Shown piece after piece: positions 9,520 through 17,752 of a stretch of 64,000 nucleotides of DNA (position 1 is the first letter of the stretch; each line of letters begins with the position of its first letter). This DNA is from an uncultured delta proteobacterium (GTDB taxonomy: Bacteria; Myxococcota; Myxococcia; Myxococcales; 40CM-4-68-19): contig CAIWCD010000013.1 in NCBI GenBank assembly GCA_903911145.1, forward strand, positions 372,001 to 436,000. The letters are read 5' to 3'. Made by a program: the position numbers and the translations under genes. Below the pieces are notes generated by a model that saw only the letters and a program-made list of their open reading frames with translations, made no database searches and was not told where the DNA came from.

Positions 9520-12500
9520 GGCGCACCTCCACCAGAACCGGCTTGCTTGACGGCACCTGCGGCGGGAGCTGCTGCGGGTGCGGCCGCCGGTGCAGGCGTG
9601 GCCGGAGCGCCACCGACACCTTGCGGCGTCACCGACGCGAGAGCCTCACTGCCAACGGGCTGCGGCTTCTTCACTTCGCCGTATGCGTCCGGCTTGTACG
9701 ACTTGAGCTGGTCCTGCGCGCGCAGCGTCCACTCCGAATAGACGCCCGTCCGCGACGAGGTCGAGACGGCCTTGTCGAAGGCATCCACCGCCTTGTCCTC
9801 GAGCGGCAACGCCTGGTTCTCGAGCGTCGTGCGGTAGAGGTCTTCCTGATCCGGCGTGAGTCCGCGCGGCATCGGCGCATCGAGCAGCTTGTGATTGAAG
9901 TTCGCGTAGGCCTCGCCAAGCCGGCAGAGCGCCGCCTCGGAATAGAGCGGGCTGCCGAACTTGATGACTTCGGTATAGGCCGCCGTCAACTGGGTCATCT
10001 TCGTGTTCTTCACCTTCAGCACGAAGATGAGATCCTTCTGCCGCGTGTAGTTGAAGTTAATCGCGATAAACTCATTAAACGCCGGCTCGAGCAGCAGGAA
10101 GCGGGCGTGCGCGGCCGCGTCGATCACCGGAGAGAGGCGCTCCGCCGCCGGCAGTCCCGGGAATCGCCGCAGAAGCTCCGCGAGGATAATCGGAACGTTT
10201 GTATCGTCCTTCTTCAATTCGCGCAGCGCCATCGCCTCGTTGTAACGAGCGAGAAAGAGCTGTCCGGGCGTCGCGCTCTTGGCGTAATCGCGCTGGTAGA
10301 ACGCCCAGGTATCCGCCGTCTTTTTCCAATCCTTCTGCCGCTGGATGATCAGCGCCAGGCTGAACCCGATGCGCGGGACGTCCGAGCGGCCCGAATAGGC
10401 CTTGATATATCGATTCCAGAGGGCAATCGCGCCGGCGTCGTCGCCGAGTCCTTCCTTCCAGAGCGCAGCGTTGAAGACAAAGTCCGCCGCCTTCTCGTCC
10501 TGCGGATACTTATCTGCATACGAGAGATATGCGGCAATCGCCTCGGGGTATCGGGCCGCGCGCTCATATGCGAGGGCAATCGAGCGCATCGCCGGCTTGA
10601 GGATCGACTCCTCGGTCTTCGGATAGTCGTGGATGAGCTGGCCGGCAGTGGCAATCACGAGGTCGAGCTGCTCGGCCTTCTCGGCAATGAGGATTCCGTT
10701 GTTGAGCGCGAGCGTCGCGTGCTCGCTCTTCGGATATGCCGCAACGAAATCCTTGAACTCCTTTGCCGCCAACTCGTAGTTCTTCTGCTTCTCGTAGATC
10801 TCCATGATGTACTTGAAGCGGGCGCCTTCGGCGATCTTCGCGAGCCGCTTGTTGAACTCGCCATTGGGCGGAGCGATGCGCTTGTCCTCGCGGAACTTCT
10901 GCGCGAGTTCGAAGAGCGGCTGCCATTGCTCCTTGACCTCGAGGATGTTCATCGAGAGATCGGCCGCCTTCTGCGACCAGGTATCCGTCGGCCAGCGGAG
11001 GATGATCTCGCCGAACCGCTTCGCCGCATCGACGTAATGACGGTGATCGTAATAGGTGAACGCCTGCTTGTAACGAATGACGATTTCGTCCTTCGCCTTG
11101 GGCGATACCTCGAGATACTTGTCGCAAGCCGCAAGCAGCTTGGCCTCGGTCGGAGGGATCGCCTCTTCAGCGGTGTCCTTCGTGATTTTCTCTTCGTGGA
11201 TGGTGCGCTTCTGCTCGACCTGCCCCTTGGCGCGCTTCTCGTCGATCTTCGACGCGTCAGAGAGATCGCTCTTCTTCGCGAGGCCCTTCTCGATCGCGAC
11301 CTGCTTCTCGAGCGCAAGGATATCGTCATAAGCGGCGCGCTGGGAATATTGGCCCTTATCGTCAAGCGCAACGACCTGCTCATACTGCGCCGCCGCATCC
11401 GGCCACTGCTCGAGGGCGTAGAGGATTTCCGCGTAATAGAAGCGCATTGAATAAGCAGCTTCTTCGGTCGAGAAGGTATCGAGGTACTGCTTATAGATAT
11501 CGCGCGCGAGCTTATAGGTCGCGACGCTCTTCGTCTTCGTCGCCTCCTGGTGATAGTCCTGAACCAGTTCACGCATTGCGCTCTCGGCCAGCTCGGTGGC
11601 CTCCTGCAATGCACCCTTCTGCTCGGCGTTGGCGGTTGCCCACGCGCTCTTCGGACCAAAGTTATCAACCAGGATTTTCATCTCCGACACGACCTTGTCG
11701 CGCTTGTTCAGCTTGTCGTACGAGATGAGGATTTTCTGCTGCCACGCCGGCGCGCGCACGTTGGTCGGATTCTCCACCTCAATCAGCTTGTAGACGCGGA
11801 TCGCCTGGTCGAACTTGCCGCTCTCGAAGTAGGTGCCGGCCAGCTTGTTGATGTAATCGAGCGACTTATCCTTACCGGCCTTATCCTTGAGGTAGGCAAT
11901 CGCGCTGTCGATCGCGTCGACCTGCGCATAGGCAAGAACCAGATCGCGCAGCGCTTCACTGCGCAACTGAACGCGGTCGCGCGCCCCGCCGATGGCCGCC
12001 TGGCTCTCGGCGTAGGTAATCACGTTCTTGAACTTGTCGATCGACCCCGTATAGTCCTGCGCGTTGTAATCGCACCAGGCGAGCTTATAGAGCGCGAAGG
12101 CATAGATCTTCGGCAGCTTGAACGACGCGGCCTTTTCATACGCAGCGCGGGCGCGCGTGAGGTCGTTCGTGTTGAAGTAATGCTCGCCCATCTGCACATA
12201 GGAGTCAGGGACGAACTTGCTCTTGGGAAACTGCTTGATCAGCGTGTTGTAGTTCGCAAGCGCGTCGTTCTTCTGGCCGCTCTCGTAGAGGTTGTAGCTG
12301 ACGACGAAGAGCACTTCATCCTTGCGCGGATAGCTCGGGTACTTCTCGAGGATGACGCGATAGTTGCTCAGAGCCTCCTTGCGGAACTTGTCGCTGGTGG
12401 CAGTGGCCATCTTCGGCTCCGGGCCGGCGCCCTTCTGCCCCTTCTTATCGACCTCCTGCAGCCACTTTGCATAGGTCTCGTCGTAGCTCTTCGACTCCTG

Positions 12501-12884
12501 CAGCGCGACGTACCGCGACTTCTCCCACCAGAGTTCGGCGAGCTGGAAATAGAGGTCGGCCTTCTGCGGTGCGTTGTCCTGCAGTCGCACGAGGATCTTC
12601 TTGATATCCTCGATGAGCTTGTCGCGCTTGAGGTCGGCGGCCGAGTCGCGTGCGACGTCCTCTTCGGACGTAGGCGCCTTCATCTTCGACGGGCCGGCCT
12701 TATCGGTCTCGATATCGCCCGGCACCTTCATCTTCAGGACGTCCGGCTTCTTCTCCTTGGTGTCCTTCGGCGCCTCCTTGGCGAACGCGCTCGAACCCAG
12801 GGTGAAAAGCAATCCCGCAACGATTGCACCTGCAAGCCGCGTCTGCTGGGCGGCCGCCGCGAACCTCATCTGCTGCGCTTTCAT
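9516..12884 (-). CDS. gltD: GltD/AgmU-family large periplasmic TPR protein (gliding gltD, not glutamate synthase)
   Basis: Signal peptide, ~1120 aa of TPR repeats; motifs KADLYFQLAELWWEKSRY, YALYKLAWC-like AFALYKLAWCDYN, APMPRGL...LPLEDKAV; ATG overlaps the gltC stop (TAATG). Confidence 0.85.
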   Translation of the reverse strand: MKAQQMRFAAAAQQTRLAGAIVAGLLFTLGSSAFAKEAPKDTKEKKPDVLKMKVPGDIETDKAGPSKMKAPTSEEDVARDSAADLKRDKLIEDIKKILVRLQDNAPQKADLYFQLAELWWEKSRYVALQESKSYDETYAKWLQEVDKKGQKGAGPEPKMATATSDKFRKEALSNYRVILEKYPSYPRKDEVLFVVSYNLYESGQKNDALANYNTLIKQFPKSKFVPDSYVQMGEHYFNTNDLTRARAAYEKAASFKLPKIYAFALYKLAWCDYNAQDYTGSIDKFKNVITYAESQAAIGGARDRVQLRSEALRDLVLAYAQVDAIDSAIAYLKDKAGKDKSLDYINKLAGTYFESGKFDQAIRVYKLIEVENPTNVRAPAWQQKILISYDKLNKRDKVVSEMKILVDNFGPKSAWATANAEQKGALQEATELAESAMRELVQDYHQEATKTKSVATYKLARDIYKQYLDTFSTEEAAYSMRFYYAEILYALEQWPDAAAQYEQVVALDDKGQYSQRAAYDDILALEKQVAIEKGLAKKSDLSDASKIDEKRAKGQVEQKRTIHEEKITKDTAEEAIPPTEAKLLAACDKYLEVSPKAKDEIVIRYKQAFTYYDHRHYVDAAKRFGEIILRWPTDTWSQKAADLSMNILEVKEQWQPLFELAQKFREDKRIAPPNGEFNKRLAKIAEGARFKYIMEIYEKQKNYELAAKEFKDFVAAYPKSEHATLALNNGILIAEKAEQLDLVIATAGQLIHDYPKTEESILKPAMRSIALAYERAARYPEAIAAYLSYADKYPQDEKAADFVFNAALWKEGLGDDAGAIALWNRYIKAYSGRSDVPRIGFSLALIIQRQKDWKKTADTWAFYQRDYAKSATPGQLFLARYNEAMALRELKKDDTNVPIILAELLRRFPGLPAAERLSPVIDAAAHARFLLLEPAFNEFIAINFNYTRQKDLIFVLKVKNTKMTQLTAAYTEVIKFGSPLYSEAALCRLGEAYANFNHKLLDAPMPRGLTPDQEDLYRTTLENQALPLEDKAVDAFDKAVSTSSRTGVYSEWTLRAQDQLKSYKPDAYGEVKKPQPVGSEALASVTPQGVGGAPATPAPAAAPAAAPAAGAVKQAGSGGGAP

Positions 12885-14395
12885 TACTCGCCCTTCTTCT
12901 GCGCGCACGCGTTCTTCAGCGTGTATTTGTAATAACCAATCTCGTCGGGCCAATACTCGTTATCAAACGGCCAATACTCGTAACCGGTCTCGGGAATCGC
13001 CGGGCGATAGAGCGCCTGGCCAGCGAGGCGCGCGCCGACATTGACGTTGCCTTCGAGGAGATCCTTCTCGGCCTTCGTCGTTTCAAAGCCGATAATTTCC
13101 TTGTCGCCGTCGAGCACTTCAATCAGGTGCGCGAGGTCGATGAGACGACCTTTGATGAACTTGCCCGCGACCTGCACGACGAGGTTGCGCTGCTTGACGA
13201 TCAGGTCCGCGATATCCTTGCCCAGCGCGCTTCCGGCCAGTTCGCTGTTCGCGTTGAGCCGCGCGGATTCAGCGTCGAGCTTGCCGATATAGTTGAGCAT
13301 CGCCGCGATGCGCTCGTTCTTCTGCAGGTGGTGCTGCACCGCCACGGGCAATCCCGGCTGCGTACCAGCCACCAACGCCCACCAGGTTTCCAGCGGAGGA
13401 TTAGATGCCACGATCCCCTTCACTGCGTCGCGCATCGGAACATAGTCGCGCTCGAACGTGGCAATCGACTCACGAACCTGGGGATAGAGGCAGTTCTGGA
13501 AATAGATAATCGCCGTCAGGTTTAATGACTCAGGGGCAAACTGATCCGACAAGTGGGGAGAGTGAAGGCTGTGCAGGCGACCAAGTGCACCACCGGAGTC
13601 GTCGTTCAAGAGGTCGGCATAAGCGCCTTCAAAGAGCGCCTCATCCCAGTGACGGGAGAACCGCGGCAGGCGGCTGTAGTGATCCGCGGATTGCGCGAAT
13701 CGCTGCAGACCGTACAGGGTGCGGCCGAGCGCGAGTTCGGAGAGCTCCTTGAGCTCCGCGAGGTCGTGATAGTTCTTCGAGCCGTCCATCGCGAGAATGC
13801 CCTCGAAGATCTTCACGGCCTTCTCGGGATCCGCGCGCTGGGCAAGCAGTCCCTGAAGGTATTGCGCCTGCGCATAAGCCGCCGAAACCGGCGGCACGCC
13901 TTGGATGAACTGGGCCGCCTCGGCATACCGACCCGAGCGATATCCCAGCAGCGAGATGTAATAGTTGATCTTCGAGAGCACGTCGGGCGGCAGGCGCGCG
14001 AACTGCTCGTTGTAGGCCTTGTTGAGAACGTTGGGCCCGAGCACTTCGTCGCCGTACTGCTCGGTCACGTTGAGCGCGCCCTCGATCGCCTTGAAGTAAT
14101 AAGGGTGGCTCGGACCGACCTTGATGATCTGGCCGTAATAGAAGAACGCGCCGAAGCCCAGGCCGAGCTTATTGAGCGACTGGGCGAGGTAATACTCCGA
14201 CTTGAAGCGGTTGTCGGCGACGGTGCCGGCCTCTTCAATCTTGTAGAACCCCTGCGCGGCGGCGAGATTCTTGCCGTCGTTGTAGGACTCAATGGCGTGA
14301 TTGAGGACGTCGATCTCAGACTGGGCCCGCGCCGGATTGGCGTAGGCGCAGAGGAGCGCGGCGGCGAGAGTTGCGAACTGTGCGAAGCGAGTCAT
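12884..14395 (-). CDS. gltC: GltC-family periplasmic TPR protein
   Basis: Signal peptide, TPRs, WDEALFE, and C-terminal EYWPFDNEYWPDEIGYYKYTLKNAC signature of GltC/NfsC. Confidence 0.85.
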   Translation of the reverse strand: MTRFAQFATLAAALLCAYANPARAQSEIDVLNHAIESYNDGKNLAAAQGFYKIEEAGTVADNRFKSEYYLAQSLNKLGLGFGAFFYYGQIIKVGPSHPYYFKAIEGALNVTEQYGDEVLGPNVLNKAYNEQFARLPPDVLSKINYYISLLGYRSGRYAEAAQFIQGVPPVSAAYAQAQYLQGLLAQRADPEKAVKIFEGILAMDGSKNYHDLAELKELSELALGRTLYGLQRFAQSADHYSRLPRFSRHWDEALFEGAYADLLNDDSGGALGRLHSLHSPHLSDQFAPESLNLTAIIYFQNCLYPQVRESIATFERDYVPMRDAVKGIVASNPPLETWWALVAGTQPGLPVAVQHHLQKNERIAAMLNYIGKLDAESARLNANSELAGSALGKDIADLIVKQRNLVVQVAGKFIKGRLIDLAHLIEVLDGDKEIIGFETTKAEKDLLEGNVNVGARLAGQALYRPAIPETGYEYWPFDNEYWPDEIGYYKYTLKNACAQKKGE

Positions 14396-14427
14396 CGCGA
14401 ATATCCCGGTACCAAAAAGTCGTACGC

Positions 14428-15303
14428 CTAGAAGAGGAAGCTGAGGCCGGTGAAGACGGTGATGTTGTTGACGACATCCGCGGAGGGCGTCGCGATCTGG
14501 GCGGCCGCGACCGCCGCGTCACCCTTCGGATTGGCCCCGAAGGCCGCGATGCTGCAACCGCTCGAGACCGACGCGCTCGTGCCCTGGGCCGAGATGGCCT
14601 TGGTGTCCGTATAGGTGCAGCCGTTCACCGTCGAAACGTAGGCCGAATAGACGAGATCGCGGACCTCGAGGCGCAGCGTGAAGCGGTCGTTGAGGAACAC
14701 GCGGAAGCCTGCGCCGAGGCCGGCCATCGGGCGGATACCCGTATCGCCGTAGGTGCGGCCCTCTTGCGACGTCGAGCTCTGCAGCTGCAGCTCCGTCTTC
14801 GCGATGCCGAGGCCGACGTTGATATAGAAGCCCATCTTCAAAATCTTGCCGTCGAAGATGTTGAGCTTGCCGTAGACCGGCATCAGCTCGAGCCCGATGA
14901 GGCCACCCGCCTGTAGAAGAAGCGCATCGGCCGCGAGCGGCTGCTGGTTGACCTTGTTGACCAGCTCTTCCGTCAGCGTGCTCTGCTGCGCGACCGGGTT
15001 CCACATCGCCCCGATCTGCAGCGCCACGTTCTCTCGAAGGTGGTACGCGCCCTCGAGCGCGATGCCGATGTGCGTGGTGAACTTGGTGTTGACCTGGATC
15101 GGCGCGAAGAGGCTCAACTCGCCGCGACCGCCTTCGGTGAACGGGCGCTTCTCGACGACGTGAACGGCCTGGACGTCAGACTCTTCAGTCGGCGCAGCCT
15201 CCGTAGCCGCGGCGGGCGCGACTGGAGCAACGGGACCTTCTGCGCGGGACGCCGTGGCGACAAATGCGGCGAGCGCGGCAACAATGAGTGCGTGGGTGCG
15301 CAT
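14428..15303 (-). CDS. GltA/GltB (NfsA/NfsB)-type outer-membrane beta-barrel protein
   Basis: Signal peptide; VHVVEKRPF..GRGELS, MPVYGKLNIF, GLGAGFRVFL, terminal LSFLF; directly upstream of gltC. Confidence 0.85.
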   Translation of the reverse strand: MRTHALIVAALAAFVATASRAEGPVAPVAPAAATEAAPTEESDVQAVHVVEKRPFTEGGRGELSLFAPIQVNTKFTTHIGIALEGAYHLRENVALQIGAMWNPVAQQSTLTEELVNKVNQQPLAADALLLQAGGLIGLELMPVYGKLNIFDGKILKMGFYINVGLGIAKTELQLQSSTSQEGRTYGDTGIRPMAGLGAGFRVFLNDRFTLRLEVRDLVYSAYVSTVNGCTYTDTKAISAQGTSASVSSGCSIAAFGANPKGDAAVAAAQIATPSADVVNNITVFTGLSFLF

Positions 15304-15305
15304 GG

Positions 15306-16097
15306 CTAGAAGAGCCTCGCGAAGCCGAGAGCGAAGGAGACCATGCTGCCCATATAGGTGGTCGAGACGCCGCTCAGGGGGTTGGTCAGGTCGTTATCCG
15401 CCTTGTATTGGGCGGGATAGAGATAGGCGCGAACTTCGGTCGACATGCTCCAGTGATCCGAGAAGTAGAAGCGGAAGCCGCCGCCGATCTCGCCGACGAA
15501 CGTGAACTGGTCGGTGGTGAGGAAGCTCCCGTCGGGGCAGGCACCGGTTCCGCCGACCGCGCAGAGGTTGACCGACTCGTGATGCAGCTGCGTCACGCCC
15601 GCGCCGAGCAGTAGGTAGGTCTGGAAGTGCACGTTGAGCTCGCTCGCAAGATTGAGCTTTCCGTAGATGGGCGCGATGCGCGCGACGATCGCTGCGCCGA
15701 ACCGCATCTGATCGGCGTTGGCGATCTCATCCTTCGGCGTCGTGGAGTTGCGCTGCGGCAGCTTCTCGCGGATCACCTCGGCGAGATTGGCGAGCGCGGT
15801 GTAGTTGTAGAAGACCTCGCCGCCAATATCGAACCACTCGTTCGTGTGGTAGCTCACGTCGAGCAGCGCACCGTCCTGCGTGACGAGCGGCGTGTTGACC
15901 GAAGTCTGCAGGCGCAGGCCGAGCTCCCAACGATTGCTCATCGGGTAGAGCTTTCGCTGCACGACCGTCGGTGCGCCATCCGGTCCGTAGATGACGTCCT
16001 CGGCGGCAGCCGAGCCAGCTCCGAGAGCCACGAGCGACAGCACGGCCAGGAGAGCCGCCCGCGGGAGTCGATGTCCAACTGTTGATTGCAATCGCAT
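15306..16097 (-). CDS. GltA/GltB (NfsA/NfsB)-type outer-membrane beta-barrel protein
   Basis: Signal peptide; VVQRKLYPMSNRWEL, APIYGKLNL, GGGFRFYF, terminal ARLF; paralog of the adjacent barrel gene. Confidence 0.85.
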   Translation of the reverse strand: MRLQSTVGHRLPRAALLAVLSLVALGAGSAAAEDVIYGPDGAPTVVQRKLYPMSNRWELGLRLQTSVNTPLVTQDGALLDVSYHTNEWFDIGGEVFYNYTALANLAEVIREKLPQRNSTTPKDEIANADQMRFGAAIVARIAPIYGKLNLASELNVHFQTYLLLGAGVTQLHHESVNLCAVGGTGACPDGSFLTTDQFTFVGEIGGGFRFYFSDHWSMSTEVRAYLYPAQYKADNDLTNPLSGVSTTYMGSMVSFALGFARLF

Positions 16098-16192
16098 GTT
16101 GAGTCTTCCGAGGTCCGGTCAGGGCCTCTCGAACGAGGCTGTGTTCCAGTGCAAAGGGGCGAAAACGACGCCGAGCGCCAGCGGGGATTGAT

Positions 16193-17752
16193 CTATGGAC
16201 AGGTCCCCAGGCCGCGAACGTCCACGTAGTAATTGGTGACGACATCGACGCCAGCAGCGGGCGGAGACGTGAATTCGATTTCGTTGACCGGCGTCGCCCC
16301 CGCGCAGCGCACGTACTTCCAGGTCCCCGCGCCCGAGGCAACGCCCGCATCTCCGACGGTCACCGAGATGGAACCGGATACGGGAGCACGAGAGAGCGGG
16401 AAGTCAGTGCGAAGGCCGGCCGCCTGGAGTCCGAGATTCGCGAGCGCCGGCGTGTAGTCGCTCTGGCAGATGCTCGTCGCGACGCCGCCAGTTGCGGTCG
16501 CAACCCCTGCGGTCCTGTCTGCCGAGAACGCGGTGAAATCGACGCCGCCGTCGGACGCGTATGCAACGCAGCCCGTCCAGCCGCCGCTCAGCTGATAGTA
16601 GGGCGCGACCACAGCCTGCGATGCAGGATCGTGCACCACCGAGAAATGGGCCGCGCACCACTGGGCCTTGCCCTGGATGTCGCTGTAACAGGCATTGAGC
16701 GCGACACAGCACGCGTGCTGATCTCCGGGGGCGCACGCGGGATTCGTCCCGGCGCCGCAGGAGGCAGTCACGCCGAATCGGTCGCAGTCATGGGCGAAGA
16801 CGGTGGCGCAGTCGTGCTGGGTGTCCTCGTTGGCGACGATCGCTGCAAGACGGGACGTGTTGGTTGCCCCGACAGCACCCGTATAGAAGCGGCTCCAGTA
16901 GTCGATGCTGCCGAAGCCCGACAGGTTGGCCTGCGCGTCGTTGCAGCCCTCGCCGCTGTTCGCGCCCGAGGAGTAGATCGGCGCGCAGGAGGAGTCCTCT
17001 TCGTCGCTCAGAACGATCGTGTAGAGCTGTGCATCAGCGCGCAGGAAGCACTCGGCCCCGCCGTCAGCGAGCGCGGCGCAATTCGCGGCGCCGGCGTCAG
17101 GCCGCGCGGGAACAGCGGGAGAGAGCGGCGCGGTCAGTGCGAGCATTCCAGCGAGCAGCGGCTTCTCGTCGCCGCTGCCCCTCGTGCCGACGGACGCATT
17201 CAGGACGAACTCGGATGCCGGCGCGGGGTCGCTCGACGCGATCCAGGGATGAGAAAGCCCCGCGAGATTCACCAGACGGCCGCTCTGCTTCGGATCGTAG
17301 ATGTCGGTGGTGACGACGCCGAGGTGGAAGTCGATCTGCTGCTGCACGAGGAACTGCATGAAGGAGACGAAGTTCGCCTTCACGCGCGCCTGCTTGAGAT
17401 CCATCGAGGAGGAGTTGTCGATCACCCAGAGGATGTCGATCTTCTGCACACTCTGCTGGCGAAATGAATCGACCTGGAACGGCGCGGCGGAGCCGTACGA
17501 GACGCCTCCGTCCGCTGCACCATACGAGACGCCAGGAAGTCCGCTGCTCACGGTCGGAGTCCCCGTGACGACGGAGACGTTGTCGTTCGCGCGCTGGAGA
17601 CGATCCTGGCCGCAAGCGCCCGCCACGACCATCGCGAGGGGGACCAGCATGACGAGCCAGGGAAGGTAACGACGCACGCCGGCACTCTTGCGCGTCAACC
17701 TGCCAGGCGAAACTCGGATCTTCGACCGACGTCGCGTGTCCGGCATCGTCAC
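16193..17752 (-). CDS. vWA (MIDAS) domain, Cys-rich lipoprotein; CglB/CglD-like candidate adhesin
   Basis: Lipobox VVAGAC; IDILWVIDNSSSM (DxSxS), FHLGVVTTD, TIVLSDEEDSS; Cys-rich insert. Start GTG 17752 (overlaps upstream stop) or ATG 17746. Confidence 0.8.
   Translation of the reverse strand: MTMPDTRRRSKIRVSPGRLTRKSAGVRRYLPWLVMLVPLAMVVAGACGQDRLQRANDNVSVVTGTPTVSSGLPGVSYGAADGGVSYGSAAPFQVDSFRQQSVQKIDILWVIDNSSSMDLKQARVKANFVSFMQFLVQQQIDFHLGVVTTDIYDPKQSGRLVNLAGLSHPWIASSDPAPASEFVLNASVGTRGSGDEKPLLAGMLALTAPLSPAVPARPDAGAANCAALADGGAECFLRADAQLYTIVLSDEEDSSCAPIYSSGANSGEGCNDAQANLSGFGSIDYWSRFYTGAVGATNTSRLAAIVANEDTQHDCATVFAHDCDRFGVTASCGAGTNPACAPGDQHACCVALNACYSDIQGKAQWCAAHFSVVHDPASQAVVAPYYQLSGGWTGCVAYASDGGVDFTAFSADRTAGVATATGGVATSICQSDYTPALANLGLQAAGLRTDFPLSRAPVSGSISVTVGDAGVASGAGTWKYVRCAGATPVNEIEFTSPPAAGVDVVTNYYVDVRGLGTCP

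Noticed and set aside
9516..12884. Reading gltD/gltC/gltX names as one glutamate-metabolism cluster
   Set aside because: Name coincidence: these are TPR gliding-transducer proteins, unrelated to glutamate synthase or GluRS.
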